64,000 bases of DNA from Octopus vulgaris (GCA_951406725.2 OX597822.1:71424001-71488000); one strand, 5' to 3'. Numbered from the stretch's first letter, positions 12,953 to 27,229 are shown. Numbers and translations are program-made. The notes: generated by a model not told the origin, from the sequence alone.

Positions 12953-13341
12953 CAGGAGTGGCTGTGTGGTAAGTAGCTTGCTTACCAACCACATGGTTCT
13001 GGGTTCAGTCCCACTGCATGGCACCTTGGGCAAGTGTCTTCTACTATAGCTTTGGGCCGACCAAAGCCTTGTGAGTGGATTTGGTAGGCAGAAACTGAAA
13101 GAAGCCCGTCGTATATATGTATATGTATATATATATGTGTGTGTTTGTCACCCCCCCCAACTTCGCTTGACAACTGATGGTGGTGTGTTTGTGTCTCCCA
13201 TAACTTAGCGGTTCGGCAAAAGGGACTGATAGAATAAGTACTAGGCTTACAAAGAATTAGTCCTAGGGTCGATTTGCTCGACTAAAAGCGGTGCTCCAGC
13301 ATGGCCGCAGTCAAATGACTGAAGCAAGTAAAAGAGTAAAA
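12953..13341 (+). mobile_element. SINE family 1, near full length
   Basis: AGGAGTGGCTGTGTGGTAAG A-box, GGGTTCAGTCCC B-box, core, internal microsatellite, tail. Confidence 0.92.
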
Positions 13342-13362
13342 GGGTATGTGTGTAGTTGTGAG

Positions 13363-13780
13363 CAGAGCCAGATTGAAACCCATGGAAGACCCGAACACTT
13401 AAAAGATTTTGGTACCCTCATATATAATTCAAAATATAAACAATAATAAACCATAAAATAAATTTTTATTTTTCAAAATGAAACAAAGCTAACAGTAAGA
13501 TGTAAAATAATGTTTATTTTTGTATGCTTCCGCTTTACTTATATTTGAAAAGTTTTCTTCCACTTTTTTTAATTGCAGTCTATGATCAGATCTCCAGAAT
13601 TAATCTTACATAACACATCTGCTTCTATACTTAGTAGAGATAAGGCATCCTGAATATTATTTTAGCAAGTTTAAAGTGATTTCTTTTGTGCTGTAAACCA
13701 TTTACAATTTCTCTGGTGCTCCCCTACCCTTGGTGCCCTAAGCATGTGCTTATTTTTGCTTATTGGTTAATCCAGTGCTG
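13363..13780 (-). mobile_element. Non-autonomous hAT element with perfect 8-bp TSD
   Basis: GTTGTGAG at 13355-13362 and 13781-13788; ends CAGAGCCAGATT / AATCCAGTGCTG; minus-strand remnant DALSLLSIEADVL resembles the hAT dimerisation domain. Confidence 0.85.
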
Positions 13781-13809
13781 GTTGTGAGTCAGGTGGGGTT
13801 ATCCAGATG

Positions 13810-14400
13810 GGTTTAAGATGTTTCTTAAGAAGGAGTACTTTCTTTGTCTATAGAATGATTCTAATTCTGTCTTCGTAATAAGGATACATTGTCTTAAAGG
13901 TTTGACTTCTCTACTATGTAGGGAAGGCAGGATTTGGAGCTTAAGATGTCAGGTTTTGCTCTGTCAAAGATTTTCTAGGTAATACAGTATGGGGTGTTCC
14001 AGATGTAGTTGGCTAATTATATAGCCAAACTTGTGTTGTTTTTTTCTGAATGAGTATAGATGTTGATTAAAGTGGTGAATAGTTCTTACATGTTAGACTG
14101 AAGTATTCTTTATTAGAAGAGTGTGTAATGATGTTAGCCCAGTGTTTGTGTTTTTGTGAGAAACCCTTGTTATTGGATGGACAGTTAAGTGTGTTTCTAC
14201 AGTTGCAGGAACTAGTATTATGGATTATAAGAGGTAAGCAAATTTTTTTCAGTTGATATAGGATAGGAATTGGCTGAGATCCAGAATTGTTAAACAGGAG
14301 GTTTTGGAAAATTGATACTGAAATTGGCTTGGTATTAATCTGTTGAAAGAAATTTCTTTTGGCTAGTTTTACATTCATAGCTTTAGTTACTAACTTTAAG
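13810..14400 (-). mobile_element. Decayed Penelope-like element, GIY-YIG endonuclease region (Naiad-like)
   Basis: SCNCRNTLNCP...KEYFSLTC...FNQHLYSFR...LANYIW...KIFDRAKP...SSKSC...EK across frameshifts. Confidence 0.72.
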
Positions 14401-14706
14401 TTACTAGATTTAGTAACTAACTACATCAGCACCAGTCTTGAGTAATTAGAGTTCTTAAAACCATAAAGGAGAAAGTTAATTAGAAGACTACAGATACAAT
14501 CTACCAATGAAACTGTAAAACTTTCTAAAAGTTTAGCATACGTGCACATATGCACATACATGCACGTCTAGACACACAACTTTATGTATGAATACACATA
14601 CATAAAACAAAACATACAGATCAGTACGTGCACTAACTCCAAATACTTGCACATATACATACATGCATACATACATACATAAATACATGCATACATACAT
14701 ACATAA

Positions 14707-14740
<34 letters not shown>

Positions 14741-14762
14741 CATACATACATACATACATACA

Positions 14763-14794
<32 letters not shown>

Positions 14795-15478
14795 CAACTA
14801 TCCTGTTGATGTGGAAATTCCAATGAAAGAGTATTGGATCTAGATTAGAAACTGACTCTTTCTACATTGGTAAGAAATCTAGAAATAAAACTAGTAACAT
14901 ATATATATATATAAGTCATACATACATTATATATGCGTACATTTGTATATTGTATATACATACATATGTCCATTATATGTATATATATATATCAGCCGAA
15001 ATTGCTAAGATGATCCGGTTCCCGACTGAAGATTAGAGGCTTTGAATGACCCGTCTGTTTTTTTGTGTCATCTCTTTGTGTGTTTTTGCGTTCTTGTTCC
15101 ATTTTGTAATTTATATTTAATTTCTATACATATATATATACATGCATGTGTACATTATACATAGTGAAAATCAAAGTGGAGCATGAAAACAATTTATAGA
15201 AAAGGATACGCATACATATGTATATAAATAAGTACATACATACATACATACACACAGAGGTACATACATAAATACATACATACATACATATGTAGATATG
15301 TATGTACATAAGTACATACATATGTAGATATTTATGTACATATCTACATACATATGTCCATACATACATATATACATGCATAGTTGTTCTCTCACCTGTC
15401 TCTGCACTTGTTTTTGTTTTTTATACAATTTTGAACCATATATATATACACACACTTACAAACACGCGCACTCACACA

Positions 15479-15549
<71 letters not shown>

Positions 15550-17039
15550 GCCTTTGAATTAGTTATCCATCTCCTAATATATGCAAACAGTTACTTTGAA
15601 TTTGTATGACCAGATCAAAAGATTATGAACGAGTTTCTCTTTGAGAGCTAAGTTCACTAGTACAAAATTGAAAATGAAATATTTGGTAATCTAGATGAAG
15701 AACTATGAACATGAAGAAATGTAAATTTATAGATGACATACAAAATGATGTGAGGAATTACAATATGTATAAATTAAAATGTATAAATGAACATAAGTCC
15801 AATTATGAAATTAGCACTTATTTTAGTAAATGCTAAAAACATAACTCTAGGGTCTTAAATATATACATATTCTTATAGTCTTTTTACTTGATTAATTTAT
15901 TGAACTTTGGTCATGCTGGGGCATTGCCTTTAAAGGTTTAGTTCATTATATTGAGCATTGTGTCTTGTTTAGTTTTTGAGTCATTGTTCTCATAAGTTTC
16001 TCAGTCACAAGAAAATTGCTTTAGACTAGGTTTTCTAGATTAATCTAATCCCAAACTTTAACACAGATTTTAACCGTTAGTCAGTGATATAATGTTTGTG
16101 GGTAATTAGCTCCATTACTAAGTTAGAACATGTATGATTAGTTAATTAACTGAAAAGATTAATACCACTGTTATTAAATAGCAGATTGAAAATTTTTGGT
16201 ATCAAAGGAATTCAGTATTTAATTTATTTGGATGTAAAAATCCATGCTTGAAATGATATTTTGATTTTCCTCCAATCCATATTTACATGAAAACCATGGG
16301 AAAAAACGAAAGTCGGTCTATCTGTTTTACCTTTCTAATTCCATAAATATAAGAGCACAAACCTTGCTAATATTTATAAAATTCATAGAGAAGAAATGTT
16401 ATCTCTTCCATAGCTAATCCTCAGGGCAAATGAATATAACCATCAGGATTGGTAAGCTAGAGATGGTCTTTGTTAGCATGGATTTAACTGGAAATAAAAC
16501 TGCAACAAGTACAGGTTTTTGCTGTGAGATGAATTAAAGACATGTTTGCCTCGGAAATATTTATCAACAATATAATCCCATTTAAAAAAAAAAAAATCTC
16601 ATTAACTGCAAACACTGCTGGAATGAACACCATTGATAATAAGCTTACAGGCATGGATTTGCGATTAAGAAGTTTGTTTTATAGTCAGGTAGTTTCATGT
16701 TTGGCCTTATTGTATGACATCTGGAGGGAAAGGATCTTTTACTGCAGCTTTGGGATAACTGCTATTGTGTGAAGACAATTTGGTTGATGAAAACTGAACA
16801 AAAGTCCTGCTCATATACACAGGGTGTCCCCCAAAAAATCTATACACACACCGAATGATTATAAACTCAGTGTTTATTAAAATACATTTCATTAAAAAAA
16901 TTTAATTGAGTCTACGTGGCAGGATTTAATGATTTTTTTTTTATGAATGCCTGAATTTAAAGTGATGATTGTTCTGGACTAGGCACTACAAAAAATGTGA
17001 AGCAATGAAATCACAACTAACAAGAAACAGCTTGCTCAG

Positions 17040-17517
17040 AATTTGTGCCCATTCTCATTCAGTGTCTAAAGGTAAGTCAAAGTTATCTTCTCGAATCATG
17101 CTGAGCTTCATGGTGTACAAATTACCCCGCTGGGGTCACATTCTCTTAGATTTCCTTAGTCTCTTGAAATCATGTCGAGATCTTCCATCGTGAAGACTGA
17201 GCCTTGGTTTTGGGTTCATGGCTATAAACCCACGATTCATTACCTGCTATGATTGTTTCCAAAAAAATTTTGTCTTCCTCGATATAGTCAAGGAGATCCT
17301 GTGCAGCTGAGACCTGATCTTCTATTTGAGATGACCACACTCTACACGCTTTACTTCCAAGCACTGCTATAGACAACAGAAGTGAATAAGGACATTATAA
17401 CTTAGTGTGCATGCACAACAGAATCTAGGGTCAATCTGTACCAAGCAACTTCACTCTGCGTACATCAGTTCCGTTACTGTAACAACACCCCCAATACTCT
17501 TTTGATCAGGCATCGTA
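17040..17517 (-). mobile_element. Deleted mariner (family shared with 44519-44900 and 47327-48342)
   Basis: TIR remnant TACGATGCCTGATCAAAAGAGTATT; AQDLLDYIEEDKIFLETIIAGNESWVYSHEPKTKAQS (TGDE.W motif). Confidence 0.8.
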
Positions 17518-18105
17518 TATATACCCACACACAGATATATGCAAATATATATATGTATACAGATTTATACAGACACACCCACACGTATGCATATGTGCGT
17601 GCATGTGTGTATATGTGTGTGTGTGTCTTCGTGTGTGTGTCTGTGTGTGTGTGTCTAAAAAAGCTGGGCAAAGTATAAAAATTGTTCTTGCTCTCAATCT
17701 CTGCCACAAGAGGTTTCTGTGACATTGCTTGCCACTGTAGAATATAGAGGACACCATTGGCATTGATATAAATCCCTGAATCCATATTTCTTTCTTGTGT
17801 TGGAAATTCCTTGTTAGATTATTTCTTGATATTGAGGCTTTCTGTATCTATACCAATTTGGATAAGAATCAACGAAAATATAAGATGAATAAAGATCTAG
17901 TCCTGTTTAAAAAAATGTAAAAACTACACATCTGCAATTTACAGATTTTTGAGCGCATAAATAATGCCTTGAGCCATGAAAAAAGAAGAAAGAAGTAAAA
18001 AAAACAGAATACTGTTGTGTTAGATATGGGCTTCAAGCTCAAACAAGGAACTTTTGATCAATCACCGTTAATACACACACATCTATAACTTTATCTATCC
18101 ATATA

Positions 18106-18154
<49 letters not shown>

Positions 18155-18586
18155 ATATGTATATATATATATATATACACACACATATATATATATATAT
18201 GTATATATATGTATATATATATATATATGTATTTATATATATATATATATATGTATATATATGTATATATATATATATATAAATATACATATACATATGT
18301 ATATAAATATTCATATACATGCACATATGCACATTGTGTGCACATATATATCTATGTATAAATATATATGAATATGTATGTATATATATATGTATACACA
18401 CACACACACATACACATACATATATATATATATACATATGCATATAAATATTCATATACATGAGCATATATAAATTATGTATGTACATGTATGCTGATAT
18501 GTATCTAAGCATAAATAGATATATATATATACACACACACATATATTCATAGACCCATATATGTGTTTGTGAGTGTAGTGTGTATG

Positions 18587-18637
<51 letters not shown>

Positions 18638-18689
18638 GTTCATATATATACATATATGTATGTATATGTGTATATACATATGTATATAT

Positions 18690-18803
18690 TGGCCTGCTCG
18701 CTTAGCCAGCGGGGTGGCGTCATTTGAAGGCTAAAACAATGCGAACGCATTGTGACCAGCGATGTGTAACTACATCTGATGGACTGGTCGGTCACGTGAT
18801 GGT
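18690..18803 (+). mobile_element. 3' part of tRNA-SINE family 5 within (TA)n
   Basis: Reverse complement of 59910-60015. Confidence 0.8.
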
Positions 18804-18868
<65 letters not shown>

Positions 18869-18881
18869 GTAGGGAGAATTC

Positions 18882-18927
<46 letters not shown>

Positions 18928-19057
18928 CCTTTATATTCCATGTCAGCATGGACAATAGACATTAACTGATGATGATGATGATGAAATATATTTATACATA
19001 TAAACATGAGAAAGAGAGAAAGAGACCAAGAGATAGAGAGAGAGAGAAAAACAGAGA

Positions 19058-19102
<45 letters not shown>

Positions 19103-19417
19103 TGTGTGTGTTCAGTATAAATATAGAACAATATATATATAGAAAATCTTGATGAATGCATTTCGTCTTTTATTAAAGAAAAATAGAGTCAGTTGATATA
19201 TAAATGAATGTTGTGCAATTTTTAATATATTACCTTACGCCTCACTCCACTTATTTCCAAATAGGTACAACTTCTGTTTTATAGTTGAGTGGTTGTATGT
19301 AGGAAGGAGCATTCATCCGTAAAATGCTTGATCCAACAATTCTGGTAAATATCTAAATTTGCAGAACCAGCATTGCAGAAAAAATATTAAAGGCCAAGTA
19401 GAAACACACCTGCACAC

Positions 19418-19465
<48 letters not shown>

Positions 19466-19496
19466 GTGTATGTGTTTGGTATGTGAGCATACGTAT

Positions 19497-19537
<41 letters not shown>

Positions 19538-19701
19538 CATATATATATAATATTTAATAAATACAAGTATATGTATATATACACACACATATATATATAT
19601 GCACATGTATATATCTTTGTGTATGTGCATGTTTATAAATATTTTTATGTGTGTATCTATTTATCTGTATATGTGTATATATATATATATATGTATGTAT
19701 G

Positions 19702-19751
<50 letters not shown>

Positions 19752-19890
19752 TTTATAAACACATTTAAACATATGTTTATAAAAATAATAATTTACCAAA
19801 ACTGGGATTCCTTCATACATACATACATACATACATACATACATACATACATACATACATACATAAATATGTATATATATATATATATAT

Positions 19891-20556
19891 ATTGGGTCAT
19901 CCCATAAATAATGCGGGTTTTTCAGTTGCATGAACTTAAAGTTGGAGAGGGATGGAATAAACTACCTGTATGAACTTGCTTTAAAAGCAGGTAGAGTGCA
20001 GTTCGATTTTAACAGTTATTTTTTCAAAGCTATAATGAAAGTAACAAGGGAGCATATTTGGCACATTTTGCTTTATGAGTTCAATAAAGGCAGCAACACA
20101 ACAGAAAGTGCGAGAAATATTTATGCAGTATATCCTTGAAGATATGTAGAGCTCGACAAGGACATCTTACAAACCCTGTTGGAACAAAATCCCATCGTAA
20201 CTGTTGAGGAACTAGTAGAAAAGAAGCTTGGATTTGGTCATTCAACCAGTTATTCCAGTCAGCAGAGCTAGACGAAAAACGACCATGTTTGGTTTCAAGA
20301 CGAAAGGAGTTATTTCACCAGTATAATGCTCGGCCACATACAGTGAGGATGGCATTCAAAAGGCTTGAAAAGTTTGAATGGGAAACGATGCCCTACCCAC
20401 CATATTCACCAGACATTTCCCCATCTGATTATCATTTATTTTGCAATCTTCAAAATTATTTGGAGAGAAAAAAACATGAATTCTGTAGATGAGGTCAGAA
20501 CAGTAGTGGAGGAGTATCTTTTGTCATGGACAAGTGAATTTTGGAAGAGGGCCCTT
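19891..20556 (+). mobile_element. Deleted mariner transposase pseudogene
   Basis: Left TIR TTGGGTCATCCCATAAATAATGCGG; EHIWHILLYEFNKG, HQYNARPH and PYSPDISPSDYHLF motifs. Confidence 0.9.
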
Positions 20557-20854
20557 ATATATATATATATATATATATACATACACACACACACACAGAT
20601 ACAACTAACACTGCAGAGTTCCTGAAGTAGGTCCAACAGAAATATACCCTGACAGTGGAAATTTTTAATCCTCAGATTTTTAAAGAATATGCTAAGCCAC
20701 TGGTTTTAATTGATTAATATCAATTTCTACCCTTATTTAATTTTAAATAAAAAAATGTTCTCTAACTGGTAAATTGACTGCTGTAATTTATTAACTGCAG
20801 AAAAATTTCCAATCTCAGTGTGCCAAAGTGAAGACATTTGAAAGATACACTTAA

Positions 20855-21490
20855 ACATAAACAAGGAGTTTTGTTGCTCTCTTGCTCAACTGCACCCCAC
20901 ACATAATAATCAAGGGGGTTGCAGTTTGGGGAGTTAGGTGGCCAGATGTTAGGGGTGATATGGTCGTAGAAATTGTCTGAAAGCAATGACTGGGTTTTCC
21001 TGCTTGTGTGACATGGTGCAGAGTCCTGTTGCCAGACATATGATCTTCCAGCATCCACCCTCTTTATCCAGGGCAGCATTATCACCTCCAGGCACTTGAT
21101 GTAGGCCTCCATGTTGAGTGTGAGACTGTGTGGGAAGATGAATGGAGGCATAACATCGCCAGCTCTAGTGATCACTCCAAACACCATGATGTTGACTGGA
21201 TGTTTGATTTTTATCACTCTTGGTACATATCCTCAGATTGCACTGTCTCAGACTGACATCCAAACACTCTGAAATGTTCGTATTGAAGCTTCTGGTGTGA
21301 ATGCCAGACAATCCAACATATCATTTCCAAATTTCTGGCAGGGTGAATTACCTCATAGGGGTGTTTTTCTCAAAGATGGTGCCCAACTGACCCTACTATA
21401 CTGTGTAGTTGACAAAATCAAAAACAAACAACGTGCATGCATGAAATAAAAATCATAAAATGGAGAGAATTTACCTATCGCATCCTGTAT
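20855..21490 (-). mobile_element. maT/DD37D-type Tc1/mariner transposase fragment
   Basis: ORF 20762-21217: MVFGVIT...VWQQDSAPCH...WPPNSPNCNPLDYYVWG; TACAG-type terminus near 21490. Confidence 0.88.
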
Positions 21491-21710
21491 TTATATATTG
21501 ATAAAAATGGTAATACAACAAAAGAATGAAAGAGACCCCGATATTTTGTAAATAGAGGAATTTATCTGTAAAAGTAATATGTGACAATTATTTGGTAGCC
21601 ATGATAAAACTCTGAGTTTTGGATGCTGAGGTGGAAATCCACACCACCATCTCTTCAGTTATCTGGCCAGTCATTTTCATAGCATTTTTTCATGCATGTG
21701 TGTGTATATA

Positions 21711-21781
<71 letters not shown>

Positions 21782-21799
21782 ATACATATGTATATATAT

Positions 21800-21987
21800 A
21801 TTTTCTTATCTTGTATTAGTAATTTGTGGTAAATCATTTTACCTTTGCCCATATAATACAGTAAATGAATTGATTGCATCGCAATCCTTAACATTTATGT
21901 ATTAACTTTGTTGGGTACTTCACTAGCAGTATATTGGATATATGTTATCCCATGGAGGGTTGCATTTACAACCCCTATCTCAATTTG
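21800..21987 (-). repeat. ~187-bp interspersed repeat flanked by (TA)n; near-identical inverted copy at 48376-48562
   Basis: Both copies yield the same spurious peptide [29 protein letters not shown]. Confidence 0.85.
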
Positions 21988-22769
21988 TATATATATATAT
22001 ATGCATATATATATATATATCTTCACACATATGTATGTGGTATCTATATATATAAATATATATAATGTGTGTGTACATATGTGAGTAAATATATATATAT
22101 ATATGTATGTATATGTATACGCACATACACACACACACATTAGAATGAATATATGTGCATGCATGTACATATATGTGTTTGTATGTTTTTGATGCATGTG
22201 TATATATATATATATATGTTTATATGCATGTATATGAGTGTTTCACTTTAATGGATACCCACACTCTCAAACACGTACACATATACATGTACATACACAC
22301 ACATAGACACACATCCATATTCATACAGACATGCACACACATATATACACATATACATATACATATATACATACGTACACACACACACATATATATATAT
22401 ATTTATTTATATACACACCATTTATATATGTATTTATTTATATATATATGGATGGCCCCCAAAACGTAGTCAATCAATCACAATTAGTAGAAATAATTTG
22501 TCAATGACTATTGAAATTCTAATGAAAAGCAGGACATAATCACTGGAAGAACATGAATGTGTATTAGAAGCAGGCAAGACGGCAGTGGCGGGGTACCCAC
22601 CACCCCTAACATACACAGGCTCTCCACTACCACCACCACCACCACCACCACTACTCGCACACATTCTGCCCTCTGAAGGGATTGATCCATTTATCATGTT
22701 GTGACAACAATGAGGGAGAAACGGCTGGCGTGTTGTTATGGATGGTAATTGATCTTGAGAAAAGGGGTG

Positions 22770-23525
22770 TGGTGGTGGTGATGCGGGAGGGGGTAATATT
22801 TATGGAGTGGAGCTGTAGGGGTGGAGGTGGTTGGGTCATGGTAGCTGTAGTGGCAGTCGGTGATAATGTTGAGTGTTTGGGTGTTAGTATATGTTAGTGT
22901 TGAGAGTGGTGGTAGTGAAGGTTGTGGTTGCAGCGGTGGTGGTGGTGATGGTAGGTGTGATAGCAGCATTTCTGGTGGTCGTTGTTGTGGTGGTTACCAT
23001 ATGTGGTAGTGATGGTGGTGGTGGTGATAGGGTGGTGGTGGTTGTGGTGAACGTTATATGGTAGTGGTAGTTGTAACAGTGGTGGACATGGTAGCATTAG
23101 TAGTTGTAATGGTGATGGTGGTGGTGGTTGGCATATGTGTGGTAATAGTGGTTCTGGTGGGGCTGTTGCTGTTGTTGTTGTTGGTGGTGGTGGTGATGGT
23201 GATGGCAGTGATGTTGATGGTGGCATCAGTGTCAGTGGTGGTGGTAGTGATGGTGGTGGCAACAATGGCCATGACAGTGGCAGTGGTGGTGGTGGTTGTG
23301 TTGGTTGTAGCGGTGGTTGTGGTTGTGTTGGTTGTGGTTGTGGTGGTTGTGTGATGGTGATGGTTGTGGTGGTAGTGGTGGTTTTGTTGGTTGTCGTGAC
23401 AGTTGTTGCAGTTGTATTGGTTGTGGTGGTAGCAGTTGTATTGGTTGTGGTGGTGGTGGTGGTGGTGGTGGTGGTTGTGGTGGTAGCGGTCATTGTGTTG
23501 GTTGTGGTGGTGGTGGTGGTGGTGG
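22770..23525. repeat. Degenerate (GGT/GTT/GAT)n low-complexity tract
   Basis: Seen directly. Confidence 0.9.
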
Positions 23526-24595
23526 AGAAGGGTTGGGGAAGAAGGTACCATGATAAAGAATAGCAACAGAGGTAAGAGTTAATGGATTGGATAGGCTTTA
23601 TGGTCTAAGTGATTTGGGAAGGAGAAGGGAGTTATGAAATAAAGAAAATAAAAGAATGTTGGAATGAAATAAAAGAAAAAAAAAATGAATGATTAATTTC
23701 AAGAATAAATGTGGAAAAAATAGTTATTAAAAAAAATTCTTTTTTAAATGAAGAAAAATATAAATGAGTTTGAATAGAAAAAAACTATAAAATTATTCAG
23801 AAAATATTTGAAGAAAATGTAGAAAAAAATAAAGAAATACAACAAATGAAGGAAATTTTAAATGAAAAAGTTTTACGAAATAAAAATCAATTGAAGGAAT
23901 GAAAAGAAGGGAAAAAAATTTTAATGAATGAAAGAAATTAATTACAGAATAAAATGAGGAAGGGTATAATCAAGAACTTTTATAGAATTAAAGAATAAAG
24001 GAATAGCTAAAAGCTACAAGAGAGTTACATAATAAAGGAACATAGAAATAACAACCGAACACTTCAGCAGAACTGTGGAATGAAAGAATGAATGTGTTAC
24101 AATGAAATAATAAAGACTCTACTAAAAAGCTAAACAAGTGTTATAGAATAAATACTAAATGCTTCATTAGAATAATAGAATATATGAATGAAGGAATAAC
24201 TGCAGGCTACAAGTGAATTATAGTAAGGTCAGACCCAATTGCATCAATGGCTGATGAAAACCTGTTACTGGTAATTATGCAATATGGGTGCAGGAATGGG
24301 TGGGAAGTTTGCTTTACAGTCCCACAGATTTTAAGTTCAGTCCCATTGCATGTCACTTTGGGTAAGTGTCTCTGAGAATAACCTTGAGTTGATTGCTCAA
24401 TGCCTTGTGCATGAATTTGGTAAATAGAAACTGAGTATACACGTATATATGTGTATGTATGTATGTATGTATGTATGTATGTATGTATGTATGTATGTAT
24501 GTATGTATAGGAACATTTAAATGTGTACTCAAAAACGTTTCCCATAAACAAACTTAAAGGATGTGTGTGTGTGTATGTGTGTTTGTGTATATATA

Positions 24596-24636
<41 letters not shown>

Positions 24637-24638
<2 letters not shown>

Positions 24639-25043
24639 TCTTTTATTTGTTTCAGTCATTTGACTGCAGCCATGCTGGTGCATTCCCTTTATAGTCGACC
24701 AAATTGACCCCAGAGCTTATTCTTTGTAAGCCTAGTACTTATTCTATCGGTCACTTTTGCCGAACTGCTAAGTTACGGGGACGTAAACACACCAGCATCG
24801 GTTGTCAAGTGATGCTGGGGGGACAGACACACAAACGTATACACACACATACATATATATATATATATAAACACATATACGACAGGCTTCTTTCAGTTTC
24901 CGTCTACCAAATCCACTCACAAGGCTTTGGCCAGATCAAGGCTATAGTAGAAGACACTTGCCCAAAGTGCCACGCAATGGGACTGAACCCGGGACCATGT
25001 GGTTGGTAAGCAAGCTACTTACTACACAGCTACTCCTGTGCCT
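24637..25043 (-). mobile_element. SINE family 1, full length
   Basis: Reverse complement of 12953-13341. Confidence 0.9.
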
Positions 25044-25689
25044 ATTATATATGTGAGTGTGTGTGTATGTATGCATGTGTATATGTGTCTTTGTATCTGA
25101 ATTTGTCCCACTACCATCACAGTTTGACAACTAGTATTGTTTTTTTTTCACATCCCTGTAACTTAGTGGTTTGGCAAAAGAGACCAATAGAATAAGGACA
25201 AGACTTTAAAAATATTTTAAAAATATAAACTAGGTTCAATCTGTTTCACTAAAACCCTTCAAGATGGTGCCCCAGCATGGCTACTGTGCAATAATTGAAA
25301 CAAATAAAAGAATCTAGGAACTGGAAATATCTTGACCCTTTAGCATTCAGATTATTCTGTCAAATGTAATGCTTATATATACACACATATATATACACAT
25401 ATATATACACAAACACACATATATATATATACACACATATATACATACACACAGACACACAGACACACACACACACACATATATCCTTTAAGTTTGTTTA
25501 TTCACTTTGTTTTAAATTAATCATTTATTGTCTTGTAGCTTTGAGATTTTGACGATGTGATAGCTTATTTTTAGAAGGACATTGTAGGATAGGAGTGAGA
25601 TGCTGGATCTGGCTGCTTTAAAGATTAAACAAGATAGGTATTTTGGCTGGATATGGCCAGTAAAAATGTTGAATTCCTTTTTATTTCAA

Positions 25690-26103
25690 CAGAGCAGCTG
25701 ACTGGCTTCCATGTCGGTGGTATGTAAAAAGCACCATTCGAGTGTCATCATTCCTAGCATCACCTTACTGGTACTTGTGCCAGAGGCATGTGAAAAACAT
25801 TCAAGCGAGGTCGTTGCCAGTGCCACTGGACTGGCTCCTGTGCAGGTGGCACATAAAAAACACCATTTGAGTGTGGTCGTTGCCAGTACCACCTGACTGG
25901 CCCTCGTGCTGGTGGCATGTAAAAGCACCCACTATACTCTCGGAGTGGTTGGCATTAGGAAGGGCATCCAGCTGTAGAAACACTGCCAGATCAGATTGGA
26001 GCCTGGTGCAGCCATCTGGTTCGCCAGTCCTCAGTCAAATCATCCAACCCATGCTAGCATGGAAAGCGGATGATAAATGATGATGATGATGATGATGATG
26101 ATG
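25690..26103 (+). mobile_element. SINE family 3
   Basis: AGGAAGGGCATCCAGCTGTAGAAAC...CATGCTAGCATGGAAAGCGG...(ATG)n. Confidence 0.85.
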
Positions 26104-26249
26104 AATGTAAAAGAAGCAAATGTAAGCCACTTATTTATTGGTTGAGTGGTCAGTGGCTAAACTGGGCCCATACTTAGGATTCAAGTACCCCAGTGACAGA
26201 AATGGTATGCGAGTGACTTGACTTAGCAACAGAATTAACCTTTCAGCAT

Positions 26250-26742
26250 TTAAACCAGCCATAAACACCTTTGAGATCATTTTGTGATCTTTGAGATCCA
26301 TGAAGACTTATATCCAGGGTGAATCCATTCCATTCAACCACATGTCTCTAAAAGCTACCTCAAGGTTAACTACTCACCCATATTGCACAACAAAAGTAAC
26401 CATGATCGAAAGATCAACATCATCATCACTGATGTCCTTGATGGTGACTCTGGTGTTCCTGAACCCTAAGTGTGGTGGTATTAGTTTATGGCTTGGTCTT
26501 CCATGTACTATCTGGGCTTGCACTTTTGTCTGATCCCCGGTTTCAAAAATAATGCGTACTGTACTGTATTCCAAGTTTCTCCAAATGAAAGTGATTTTAT
26601 TTTTAGATTGGGAAGTGTTGCATCCAATTGGTTTCTGGAGAATAGTAGGAAAATTCCTGTTGCTTCTGTCAAAGCATAGGTAGGTTATCTCCCTTTTTCT
26701 TTCGTGCCTGGATAAAAGCTTCTGGTAGAGATGTACTTGTTT
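26250..26742 (-). pseudogene. Probable decayed LINE ORF1 (RRM-like) fragment
   Basis: Frame open from 26742 to 26377 ending RVTIKDISDDDVDLSIMVTFVVQYG; protein-like sequence continues through stops (VVNLEVAFRDMWLNG...VFMDLKDHKMI). Confidence 0.4.
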
Positions 26743-27186
26743 TCATTACATAATGTTGCCATGCATTTCTTCTATCTGTGAAAGGTTTCATGTCAAGAGT
26801 TTGTTTATTAAAATGTATGGTGGATTCTAACTACTAAAACAGATCCAACACCAATACTAACAACTAGACTAATCAATGTGTATGCTAGAAATAGCTGCCA
26901 AATCTTCCTTAAAATTACATCTTACAGTCTTGAAGATATAAGGACATAGATCTGGAAGTGTTGCATCCAATCAGTCTCTGAAGGATAGTAGGAAAATTCC
27001 TGTTGCTTCTGGCAAAGCATAGGTAGGTTATTATTTAGATTATTTACATTCAACAGATATTTGTCCTCATCTTGTTTGTTGTTAACACAATGTTTCGGCT
27101 ATATACCCTCCAGCCTTCATCAGGTGTCTTGGGGAAATTTCGAACCTGGGTTCTCATTCCTAAGGTATTTTTTGATGTTATTATTA

Positions 27187-27229
<43 letters not shown>

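Noticed and set aside
22470-23566. Thr/Pro/His/Gly-rich ORFs resembling mucin or low-complexity proteins
   Set aside because: Degenerate trinucleotide tract; frames are interrupted by stops and I found no convincing splice context
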